NCBI GenBank assembly: GCA_963727775.1
Contig: CAVSHB010000002.1
Location: 640,001-704,000, forward strand
Length of the DNA stretch: 64,000 bases
Origin: an uncultured Nitrospiraceae bacterium
Lineage (GTDB): Bacteria; Nitrospirota; Thermodesulfovibrionia; Thermodesulfovibrionales; SM23-35
Reading direction: 5' to 3'
The stretch's first letter is position 1. Each line of letters begins with the position of its first letter. Both the position numbers and the translations under genes were made by a program. Positions 10,084-18,022 of the stretch are shown in pieces. Under the pieces are notes generated by a model. That model ran no database searches, was not told the origin of the DNA, and saw nothing but the letters and a program-made list of their open reading frames with translations.

Positions 10084-10479
10084 ATGAAAATAGCCATCCC
10101 GGTTTTCGAAAACAGGATTTCGCCCCGGTTCGATTTCGCTCCCGGTTTCGGGTTATATGATATCGAGGGGGAAAGGATAACCGGTAGCAGGGAAATTTCC
10201 TGTGAGGGGTGGAGCGACAGCGAGAGGGTATCAAAATTAAAGGGCTTCGGTATCGATATCTTAATCTGCGGCGGACTGCCGGGATACCTTCAGAGCATCT
10301 TAGCGAACAGCGGGATTAAGGTGATCCCGTGGGTAGCAGGCGATATCAACGATGTGTTATCCCTTTTTCTTCGGGGACAGCTGAATTCAGGGATGGTCAT
10401 ATGTTCCGGGAGAGGAAAACGACGTGGCTGCAAGAGAGGGTGGGAAGGCGATTTTAATAGTTATGAAAAAAGGAGATGA
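10084..10479 (+). CDS. NifB/NifX (FeMo-co biosynthesis domain) family protein
   Basis: MKIAIPVFENRISPRFDFA...DILICGG; start moved from 10072 to the ATG at 10084. Confidence 0.85.
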   Translation: MKIAIPVFENRISPRFDFAPGFGLYDIEGERITGSREISCEGWSDSERVSKLKGFGIDILICGGLPGYLQSILANSGIKVIPWVAGDINDVLSLFLRGQLNSGMVICSGRGKRRGCKRGWEGDFNSYEKRR

Positions 10480-10484
10480 GTCAT

Positions 10485-10856
10485 ATGCCGAAACTATGTA
10501 TAAGTTCCACTGGAACGGATCTGGAAGCATCTGTTGACCCGCGATTCGGGAGATGCCAATACTTTCTGATCGTTGACACTGAAACGATGGATTTTCAATG
10601 CGTCGCGAATCCTGCGTTTACGGCTGGAGGAGGAGCAGGTATCCAGGCCGCCCAGTTGGCAGTTAATAGAGGGGCGAAGGTTATCCTCACAGGAGATGTC
10701 GGACCGAATGCCTTTCAAGCCCTTCAGGCCGGGGGAGCCAAGATCGTGACAGGCGCCCGGGGTCCGATAAAAGATGTAATTGAAAGATTTAACAAAGGTG
10801 AACTCGGATATACGGGATCCCCTTCGGTTGAATCGCACTCAGGAATGAGGAGGTGA
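10485..10856 (+). CDS. NifB/NifX family protein, orange-protein (ORP)-like
   Basis: DPRFGRCQYF, GAGIQAAQ, TGDVGPNAF; RBS AGGAG favours the ATG at 10485. Confidence 0.88.
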   Translation: MPKLCISSTGTDLEASVDPRFGRCQYFLIVDTETMDFQCVANPAFTAGGGAGIQAAQLAVNRGAKVILTGDVGPNAFQALQAGGAKIVTGARGPIKDVIERFNKGELGYTGSPSVESHSGMRR

Positions 10857-10861
10857 ATATT

Positions 10862-11089
10862 ATGCCCAAAGGTTTAGGAATGGGGTCTCCCGGCCCAGGG
10901 CAGGGAGGCGGACAGGGACAAGGGAGAGGACGTGGCAACTGCCGGGGAATGGTAGGAGGCAGGGCTAGCGCCGGACCCGGCGGAGAATGCATATGCCCTT
11001 CTTGCGGAACCACGGCGGTACACCAGGCCGGCGTTCCATGTTATCAGTCCAAGTGTCCCAAGTGCGGGACAAATATGGCAAGGAAGTAG
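10862..11089 (+). CDS. Gly-rich small protein with zinc/rubredoxin-like ribbon
   Basis: GQGGGQGQGRGRG then GPGGECICPSCG...GVPC...CPKCG; RBS GGAGG. Confidence 0.8.
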   Translation: MPKGLGMGSPGPGQGGGQGQGRGRGNCRGMVGGRASAGPGGECICPSCGTTAVHQAGVPCYQSKCPKCGTNMARK

Positions 11090-11102
11090 AGGATAGGGTT
11101 TC

Positions 11103-11966
11103 ATGGTTATCTCTATAGCAAGCGGTAAGGGAGGAACAGGCAAGACCACTGTTGCAGTAAGTCTTGCCCTTTCGGCAGGAGCGTGTCAATTTCTTGATTG
11201 TGACGTGGAGGAACCTAATGCCGCTCTCTTTCTAAAACCGTCGATCACGGAAAAGAAATCGGTAAGTGTGTTTGAACCCTGGGTAGACGAGTCGAAATGT
11301 TCTCACTGCGGAGAGTGTTCCAGCATTTGTGCTTACCATGCCATTGCGGCATTTGAAAAGAATGTCCTTATCTTCCCTCCTTTGTGCCATGGATGCGGCG
11401 GGTGTATTTTGGTATGCCCTGAAAAGGCAATCACGGAAGGAAAAAGAAATATAGGAGTTATTGAAGAAGGCACGAGCAATTCCATAAGCTTTATGCAGGG
11501 GATCCTGAACATAGGGGAACACATGGCAACTCCGGTAATCAAAGAAATGAAAAAGCTCATTAGAGAGGATGTGAATGTTATTATCGATTCTCCTCCGGGC
11601 ACTTCCTGCCCGGTGATTGAAAGCATCAGGGGAAGCGATTTTGTATGTCTCGTTACCGAGCCGACGCCGTTCGGCCTGAACGATCTCAAATTAGCAGTAG
11701 ATGTGGTAAGGGAACTGAAGCTCTCCTTTGGCGTGATTATCAATTGCGATGGCATCGGGGATGACAGGGTGGAGCGATATTGCCGGAAAGAAAATATTCC
11801 GCTGCTACTGTCCATTCCGTGGAGTAGATGTATTGCCGAAGCATATTCCAAAGGAATCCCTGCGACAGACATATTGCCTGACCAGTTTCGTTTTCTTTAT
11901 CAGAAAATAGGAAGCATCGTCGGGAATAAAAGAGATTTCGGGGTGCAGTTGGAGACTTTGAGATGA
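11103..11966 (+). CDS. MinD-superfamily P-loop ATPase with inserted 2x[4Fe-4S] ferredoxin
   Basis: ASGKGGTGKTT, DCDVEEPN, CSHCGECSSIC, CHGCGGCILVCP, VTEPTPFG. Confidence 0.92.
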   Translation: MVISIASGKGGTGKTTVAVSLALSAGACQFLDCDVEEPNAALFLKPSITEKKSVSVFEPWVDESKCSHCGECSSICAYHAIAAFEKNVLIFPPLCHGCGGCILVCPEKAITEGKRNIGVIEEGTSNSISFMQGILNIGEHMATPVIKEMKKLIREDVNVIIDSPPGTSCPVIESIRGSDFVCLVTEPTPFGLNDLKLAVDVVRELKLSFGVIINCDGIGDDRVERYCRKENIPLLLSIPWSRCIAEAYSKGIPATDILPDQFRFLYQKIGSIVGNKRDFGVQLETLR

Positions 11967-12841
11967 AACAGTTGACCATTATCAGCGGTAAAGGGGGGAC
12001 CGGCAAGACAACCTTAACTGCCGCATTCGCCCATCTTGCCGATCAAGCAGTGATAGTTGATTGTGACGTCGATGCAGCCGACCTCCATCTTATACTTACA
12101 CCGCGTATTACAAAACAGGAACCATTTCATGGAGGCCATCTGGCCTCTATTGACAATGAACGATGCACCCGGTGCGGATTGTGTGAACAGGAATGCCGTT
12201 TCGGAGCCATCAGTGCTTTCAGGGTCGATCCTTTTTCCTGCGAAGGCTGCGGCGTCTGTGCATATATCTGTCCGGAGAAGGCCGTTTCGATGGAGGAAAG
12301 GCTCTCCGGCTACTGGTTTGTCTCTGATACAAAAGAAGGCACGCTGGTCCATGCACGGCTGGGAATAGCGGCGGAAAATTCCGGCAAGCTTGTCTCCACG
12401 GTGCGGCAGAAGGCGAAGGAATTGGCTGAAAAGGAGAAGAAGGATCTCGTTATCATTGACGGCCCACCCGGCATCGGTTGTCCGGTGATAGCATCGATTG
12501 GTGGTGTAGCCCTTGTCCTTATTGTGACAGAGCCGACTCTTTCGGGACTCCACGATTTAAAAAGGATACTTGAAGTGGCAAAGCATTTCAATATCCCGGC
12601 GATGGTGTGCATTAATAAATGTGATATCAATCCGGAAAATGCCCGGTCCATCGAAGGCTATTGTGAAGAAAAGAGGATTGCAATCGTTGGGAGAATCCCA
12701 TACGATCCGGCTGTGACCTTGGCGATGATGAATGTCCTTTCGGTGGCGGAATATCCCTGCGGGCAAGTGACCGAGGAAGTAAAGAAGACGTGGAAGAAGG
12801 TGGAAGAGTATCTCTTTGGAGCTAATAAAACGAAATGTTAA
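11963..12841 (+). CDS. Second MinD-superfamily P-loop ATPase with inserted ferredoxin
   Basis: SGKGGTGKTT, DCDVDAADL, CTRCGLCEQEC, CEGCGVCAYICP, DGPPGIGCP. Confidence 0.92.
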   Translation: MKQLTIISGKGGTGKTTLTAAFAHLADQAVIVDCDVDAADLHLILTPRITKQEPFHGGHLASIDNERCTRCGLCEQECRFGAISAFRVDPFSCEGCGVCAYICPEKAVSMEERLSGYWFVSDTKEGTLVHARLGIAAENSGKLVSTVRQKAKELAEKEKKDLVIIDGPPGIGCPVIASIGGVALVLIVTEPTLSGLHDLKRILEVAKHFNIPAMVCINKCDINPENARSIEGYCEEKRIAIVGRIPYDPAVTLAMMNVLSVAEYPCGQVTEEVKKTWKKVEEYLFGANKTKC

Positions 12842-12885
12842 TTTTAAAATTTAAGAATGGATACCCAAATAATGGAAGATTCCTC

Positions 12886-12915
12886 TTGTAATTGTTATGA
12901 GCATATGCTTATAAT
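12886..12915 (+). promoter_or_regulatory. sigma70 promoter with palindromic operator (copy 2)
   Basis: TTGTAA-N18-TATAAT; palindrome TTATGAGCATATGCTTATAA at 12895-12914; ATG 5 nt after the -10, no RBS. Confidence 0.7.
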
Positions 12916-12920
12916 AAACC

Positions 12921-13211
12921 ATGTCCAGGCCCAAGAAAGTGAGATGTGTTAAATGCAAGCCTGATGCAACGTATTTCAAGCCGAGGGCCATCCCCATGAC
13001 GGAACTTGAGGAAGTGTCTCTAAGTATGGATGAACTTGAAGCGATCAGGCTCGCTGATTATGAGAAACTATATCATGCAGATGCGGCGAGAAAGATGGAG
13101 ATATCGAGGCAGACGTTCGGTCGCATCCTGAATGGAGCTCACAAAAAAGTTGCCGAGTGTTTTTTAAAAGGTAAGGCGCTCAGAATAGAAACAAAAGAAA
13201 AGGAGAAATGA
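12921..13211 (+). CDS. DUF134 family predicted DNA-binding protein
   Basis: MSRPKKVRCV, YFKP, DELEAIRLADY, AARKMEISRQTFGRIL HTH. Confidence 0.9.
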   Translation: MSRPKKVRCVKCKPDATYFKPRAIPMTELEEVSLSMDELEAIRLADYEKLYHADAARKMEISRQTFGRILNGAHKKVAECFLKGKALRIETKEKEK

Positions 13212-13212
13212 G

Positions 13213-13593
13213 ATGAAAGTATGTTTCCCGGTTGCAAAGGTTGAAGGTATGAATAGTAAGGTGTATGGACATTTTGGTTCTGCTCCCGCGTTCATTGTTG
13301 TCGATACCGCAAATAATAGCGTTACAACGATCAACAACGGCGACCAGAACCATGAACACGGTCAGTGCAATCCGGTGAAGGCGCTGAATAGCCAGCAGGT
13401 TGACGCGATTGTGGTTGCGGGTATCGGAGCGGGCGCCCTGACAAAGTTGAATCAGCAAGGTATTAAGGTTTTTCAGGCGCAGGCCCAAACAGTAGAAGAA
13501 AATATTCTTATGCTGAAAGACCGAAATCTCCCGGAGTTCTCTGCCCAGCACACCTGTGCCGGTCACGACCATGGAATAAGTTGCGGACATTAG
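13213..13593 (+). CDS. NifB/NifX family protein with His/Cys-rich tail
   Basis: VYGHFGSAPAF, HEHGQCNP, GIGAGA, HTCAGHDHGISCGH. Confidence 0.88.
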   Translation: MKVCFPVAKVEGMNSKVYGHFGSAPAFIVVDTANNSVTTINNGDQNHEHGQCNPVKALNSQQVDAIVVAGIGAGALTKLNQQGIKVFQAQAQTVEENILMLKDRNLPEFSAQHTCAGHDHGISCGH

Positions 13594-13623
13594 GAACTCC
13601 TTGAAACAGGAGTAGCATAATCA

Positions 13624-13731
13624 TAACCCCTCCTGTACTCCCCTTATCTCAAGGGGTAGGGAAGATTATCTCGAAAAATATTGGGATGACGAAGGCCCCC
13701 TCTTAGGTTAAGAGGGGGAAGGGGGGAGTTA
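13624..13731. repeat. MITE/REP-like palindromic intergenic element
   Basis: Ends TAACCCCTCC / GGGGGGAGTTA; inner palindromes CCCCTT-atctc-AAGGGG and CCCCCTCTTA-ggt-TAAGAGGGGG. Confidence 0.6.
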
Positions 13732-13760
13732 CAAAAAGACAATTTCAATAGGAGGTTCTA

Positions 13761-14129
13761 ATGGCAAAGAAGAGGATAGCTATAATTGCGTGCAAGAACA
13801 TAAAGGGTATCAGCTGCGTGGGTGGTTGCCTGAAATGTTTTAAAGGTATTGCAGAGAAGGCAGGGGAGTATGAGCGGTGGAAGGATTACGAAATAGAACT
13901 TATTGGTATGGATGACTGCGGCGGCTGTCCGGGTGTATTGATGCCGAAGGTCGCTTTGATGATGGATATGGGAAAACTCTATGACAGGGATTTCGATGCT
14001 GTCCACTTGGGTACATGTATGATGAAAGCTGTACAGACCGCGAAGTGCCCGATTGATATTGAAGACTTCAAAAAGAAGATTGAGACGAAGTTTAACAAAG
14101 AGGTAATCTTCGGCACCCATCCGTATTAA
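13761..14129 (+). CDS. CGGC-domain protein (predicted metal-binding)
   Basis: CVGGCLKC, DCGGCPG, VHLGTC, terminal GTH. Confidence 0.9.
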   Translation: MAKKRIAIIACKNIKGISCVGGCLKCFKGIAEKAGEYERWKDYEIELIGMDDCGGCPGVLMPKVALMMDMGKLYDRDFDAVHLGTCMMKAVQTAKCPIDIEDFKKKIETKFNKEVIFGTHPY

Positions 14130-14159
14130 GACACGCGGCGAGAGACACTATTTTTCGGA

Positions 14160-14357
14160 TTATGCGCCGCCGCAACTCTGTAAGAGTGCCATGACCTCCA
14201 TTGGGGGTTTTGGAAGACCTGCGATTTTCCAGGCTATGCTGGCGTCGGGGAATTTCTCCATCGTGCATTCTTTACTGTGGACATTTGTACAAACAGCGCG
14301 GGCAAACGGAAAGGCGTTGAACTTCCTGTAATATTGCCTGATGAATTTGAGCTCATA
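14160..14357 (-). pseudogene. 5'-truncated DsrC/TusE/DsvC-family sulfur-relay gene
   Basis: Not in the ORF track; manual translation YELKFIRQYYRKFNAFPFARAVCTNVHSKECTMEKFPDASIAWKIAGLPKPPMEVMALLQSCGGA*. KIAGLPKP is the family signature; in-frame TGA upstream and no start codon at the 5' end. Confidence 0.7.
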
Positions 14358-14649
14358 TCATCTATTCAGTAACGGTTCGTCGATATATTTCATAGCACTT
14401 AAATTTTCGGGTATTAAACAATCTGTTATCCGAAATTTGAACGCATTTCGAATAAAAAAACCTATTGACTTTTTTGGAGTGACTATGATAATTTCTTTTA
14501 CCAACGAACGAAGCAATGCTCCTTTGGTAGTTATATAAGTTTAGGTGTGGAGGTAAGGGATTATTTCTAACTGACATTACGTCATATCTTTATTTGAGTC
14601 CAAATATTTAAGCAAATAGCCAAGTAGGAAAAGGAAGGGTAACACCATT

Positions 14650-15903
14650 ATGAGCGAATCAGCAAGTTGGGATTGGGAAACGAAAGAAAAATTAATCGCA
14701 GATATCAATGATTGGAAAAAGAAGTACATTGATGTCCGTGAATTAACCCCCTCTGATGATGGTGAGAAAATAGCCGCTGTAGTCCAGCCGGACAAAGGAA
14801 AATTTACTACCTGTATAAATGGAAATATCTGGGAAGAAAAATTTGAGAGGGTATATTCACTCAAATTCAATCCTGATAATCAACTTATATCATTAACCTA
14901 TAGAGATTATGTATGGGCTTTAGCTGTTGATCATGAGATGTGGGAGGAAACGTTTGATTATATATGGAACCTGACGTTAACCCAGGATGGCAAAGGTATC
15001 GCAGTCAGTATTAAAAGGGATCCGCAACTTGGAGCTGCTATAAATGGACAAGTGTGGGAGACACTGTTCACAGATGCACGGCATCTTGCCGTAAGCCCTG
15101 ATGGAAAGAAGACGGCGTCTTGCATTCAAATAAAGCCCATGAAGTCATTAGATATCTTTACTTATCAAGAAGGCATCTGGACTGTTGCAGTGGATGGAAC
15201 TCCGTGGGAAAAAACATTCTGGAGTGTCTGGGGTCCTGCCTTTAGCCCTGACAGTAATCATGTAGCTGCATGTGTCAGGACTGGTTTTGCTCAATATAAC
15301 ATTGCGGTTGATGGAAAGACATGGGAGGGGGGCTTCGGGTTGGTCTGGGAACCGATCTTTAAGCCCAATAGTAATGATGTGATTGCACCTATCAGGACTC
15401 CCCAGGGCAGTACACTGGCGATGAATGGAAAGCCGATTTGGGGGTTTTTCTCCAATGTATGGCATCAGGGATTCAGTCCCGATGGCCAGAAGATAGCTGC
15501 TGTTGTTGCCAAATTCCCGGTTTGGACAATTGCTGTTGATGGTACGCCGTGGCAGACTGCTTTTAGTGATGCAGTTCTCGCCCCGGTATTTAGTCCGGAC
15601 AGCAAAAGAATCGCAGCAGTAGTAAAGGACAATAAAAGATGGACAGTTGCGGTAGACGGTACGCCATGGTCTGAAAAGTTCGATAATACCTGGGATCCGG
15701 TTTTTAGTCCTGATAGCCACAGGGTGATAGCCAAGACAGAAAGAAACGGCAAATTTCATATAGTTGTTGACGGTAAGGTTGGCAAGAAAGGATACGAATC
15801 TCTCTGGGATCCGGTTTTTAGTCCTGATGGCGGTAAATTATTGATACGGTGTATTGACGCTGGAAAATATTATCGCCGAGTTGTCCCGATAAATGAAATA
15901 TAA
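14650..15903 (+). CDS. tmcD: TmcD-like Trp-rich beta-propeller subunit
   Basis: N-terminal SWDWETKEK; repeated WTVAVDGTPW...W.PVFSPD units; precedes tmcC/tmcB. Confidence 0.85.
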   Translation: MSESASWDWETKEKLIADINDWKKKYIDVRELTPSDDGEKIAAVVQPDKGKFTTCINGNIWEEKFERVYSLKFNPDNQLISLTYRDYVWALAVDHEMWEETFDYIWNLTLTQDGKGIAVSIKRDPQLGAAINGQVWETLFTDARHLAVSPDGKKTASCIQIKPMKSLDIFTYQEGIWTVAVDGTPWEKTFWSVWGPAFSPDSNHVAACVRTGFAQYNIAVDGKTWEGGFGLVWEPIFKPNSNDVIAPIRTPQGSTLAMNGKPIWGFFSNVWHQGFSPDGQKIAAVVAKFPVWTIAVDGTPWQTAFSDAVLAPVFSPDSKRIAAVVKDNKRWTVAVDGTPWSEKFDNTWDPVFSPDSHRVIAKTERNGKFHIVVDGKVGKKGYESLWDPVFSPDGGKLLIRCIDAGKYYRRVVPINEI

Positions 15904-15918
15904 CGCGGAGAGTGAAAT

Positions 15919-16593
15919 ATGTATGATTTTATAAAAGACCCAACACTTTATAATCTCGTGAGAGGGCCGTTGGTCTGGATCGCATTTCTCATATTTATTG
16001 GTGGGAGTATCTATCAGTTGAGAAATTTGATTTTGCTCGCAAAGAAAGAAAAAGTCGTGTATCCTTATATGAGCTTGAAATTGACTCTGCGTTCCCTTTT
16101 ACACTGGCTCGTGCCATTTGCGAGTGTCAACGGGCGAAGACACCCTGTCATTACCATCATGACTTTTATTTTGCACAGCGGCATTGTTATTCTTCCCATA
16201 TTTGTTCTTGGTCACATTGTCCTGATAAAGGAATCGTGGGGTATCAGCTGGTGGAACATTCCCGAAGGATGGGGAGACACGCTGACTCTTTTTGTCATTG
16301 CCGGTTGTATCTTCTTTTTCCTCAGAAGAATTTTTGCTCCCGAAGTCAGATTCGTCACATTTTCTTCAGATTATCTCATCCTTGCAGTCACTTTTCTGCC
16401 ATTCTTGACCGGTTTTCTGGCATATCACCAATTGCTGCTTCCAAATAAGACCATGGTAACCCTGCATATGCTTTTTGGAGAAATTATGTTGATAGCAGTA
16501 CCGTTTACGAGAATAATTCATATGTTTTATTTCTTTTTGACGAGAGCGTATATGGGGTCTGATCAAGGCTTTCGTCATTCACAGGACTGGTAA
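15919..16593 (+). CDS. tmcC: TmcC/HmcE membrane cytochrome b (NarI-like)
   Basis: VRGPLVW, several TM helices with His, FLRRIFAPEVR, PFTRIIHMF. Confidence 0.85.
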   Translation: MYDFIKDPTLYNLVRGPLVWIAFLIFIGGSIYQLRNLILLAKKEKVVYPYMSLKLTLRSLLHWLVPFASVNGRRHPVITIMTFILHSGIVILPIFVLGHIVLIKESWGISWWNIPEGWGDTLTLFVIAGCIFFFLRRIFAPEVRFVTFSSDYLILAVTFLPFLTGFLAYHQLLLPNKTMVTLHMLFGEIMLIAVPFTRIIHMFYFFLTRAYMGSDQGFRHSQDW

Positions 16594-16617
16594 ATCATGT
16601 TATGGAGGATTATATAA

Positions 16618-17997
16618 ATGGCTGAAGTAGGCACGGAAGAAAGAGTCAAAGCAAAAGATGTGTTTGATCTTAAGAGAAAACCTGTCGCCGATATAGGATT
16701 TGATGAAACTGTTAAGAGACTCACTCCGGAAAAGATAGAAAAAGCGATTAATGCCGTAATAAATTTAAGGAAAAATGCGGGGAGATTCAAAGCTCCCCTC
16801 GATACCTGCATTCATTGCGCTCTCTGCGCAGAGGCATGCCATTGGTATATGTCTCATGGTAAAGACCCCTCATATGCGCCTGTTGCGAAGGTGAGGATGA
16901 CCCTATGGGAGATGATAAAGAGAAAAGGAAAGGTTAGCCCTGAATTCATGAAACAGGCTGCGCGGATTGTCTTTGCAGAATGCAATCTCTGCAGGCGTTG
17001 CAGCATGTACTGTCCCTATGGGCTCGATATAGCATATCAGCTTGGAATGGTACGCCGCATCTGTTTTCTGCTTGGATTGGTTCCTCAGAATATACTCGAC
17101 CAGGATAACAGCCATTCCGCTACCTTGAATCAGCTATGGATTACCCAGGCTGACTGGATTGACACCATGCAATGGCAGGAGGAGGAGGTAAGAGCTGACG
17201 TAAAGAACGCCCGCGTCCCCGTTGATAAAGAAGGGGCAGATGTCATGTGGTGCCCGCTCGGTACGGAGCCGAAAATAGCTACTTATCATATTGCCCGTAC
17301 TGCCAAGATCATGAATGTTGCCGGAATTGACTGGACGGTCGCATCCATGGATGGCTGGGATTGTGCCAATATGGCAATGTTCATCCGCGACATGGAGACG
17401 ATGCAGAGGGTTGTAAGAGGGATTTATGAAAATGCCATGAAGCTGAAGATCAAACGAATAGTACTGACTGAGTGAGGGCATCCACTGAATGCCACATGTT
17501 ATGTGGCACCGCCTCTCTTAGGATGGAAAGAAAGCCCGATTGAGACCCTTCATCCCATTGAGTTCTACTATGAACTTGTCACTACGGGAAAGATAAAAAT
17601 AGACAAGAGCAAGAAAATCAAGGGCCCTGTTACCATTCAGGATCCCTGTAACCTGGTAAGGTTGCGAGGTGCAGGAGAAAAGCTCCGGTATCTTGTAAAC
17701 GAAACCTGTGATGGTATTGTTGAAATGCATCCCAACCGTGGGCATAATTATTGCTGTAACGCCGGCGGCGGCGGAGCCGCTATTGGTCAACCGTGGAGAA
17801 ACAACAGGTGTGAAGGCAATAGCATTAAGGCTAAACAGATAATAGAAACAGGGTGTCACACCATCGTGACACCCTGCCATAACTGCTATACCGGCATTAA
17901 CGATATCTTGAAGTATTATAGTATCGATGGCCATGGCAAGTTTATGGATGAGTTAATAACTGAAACAATGGTAGTTCCAGACGAATTTACACCGTGA
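16618..17997 (+). CDS. tmcB: TmcB/HmcF (HdrD/DsrK-like) Fe-S/CCG oxidoreductase; in-frame TGA at 17473-17475 probably read as selenocysteine (459 aa)
   Basis: ORFs 16618..17475 and 17503..17997 share one frame and join as LTE-(TGA)-GHPLNATCYVAPP; two CxxCxxCxxxC motifs, then DPC..CCNAGGG..PCHNC. Confidence 0.85.
17473..17515 (+). promoter_or_regulatory. Bacterial SECIS-like hairpin
   Basis: TGA + 14 nt + TGCCACAT-GTT-ATGTGGCA (17490-17508, loop starts with G); possible lower stem GAGG/CCTC. Confidence 0.65.
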
Positions 17998-18022
17998 CAA
18001 GAACCCAGGAAGGGATACCGTT

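Noticed and set aside
10084..13593. Nitrogen fixation cluster, suggested by NifB/NifX domains and the NifA-like gene
   Set aside because: No nifHDK/ENB in the window; the context matches ORP-type clusters
14650..15903. DNA repeats such as TGGGATCCGGTTTTTAGTCCTGAT as a possible CRISPR array
   Set aside because: They encode propeller-blade repeats of TmcD; no spacer structure or cas genes
17503..17997. Separate 164-aa CDS in the ORF track
   Set aside because: It is the in-frame C-terminal part of tmcB after the recoded TGA; no RBS
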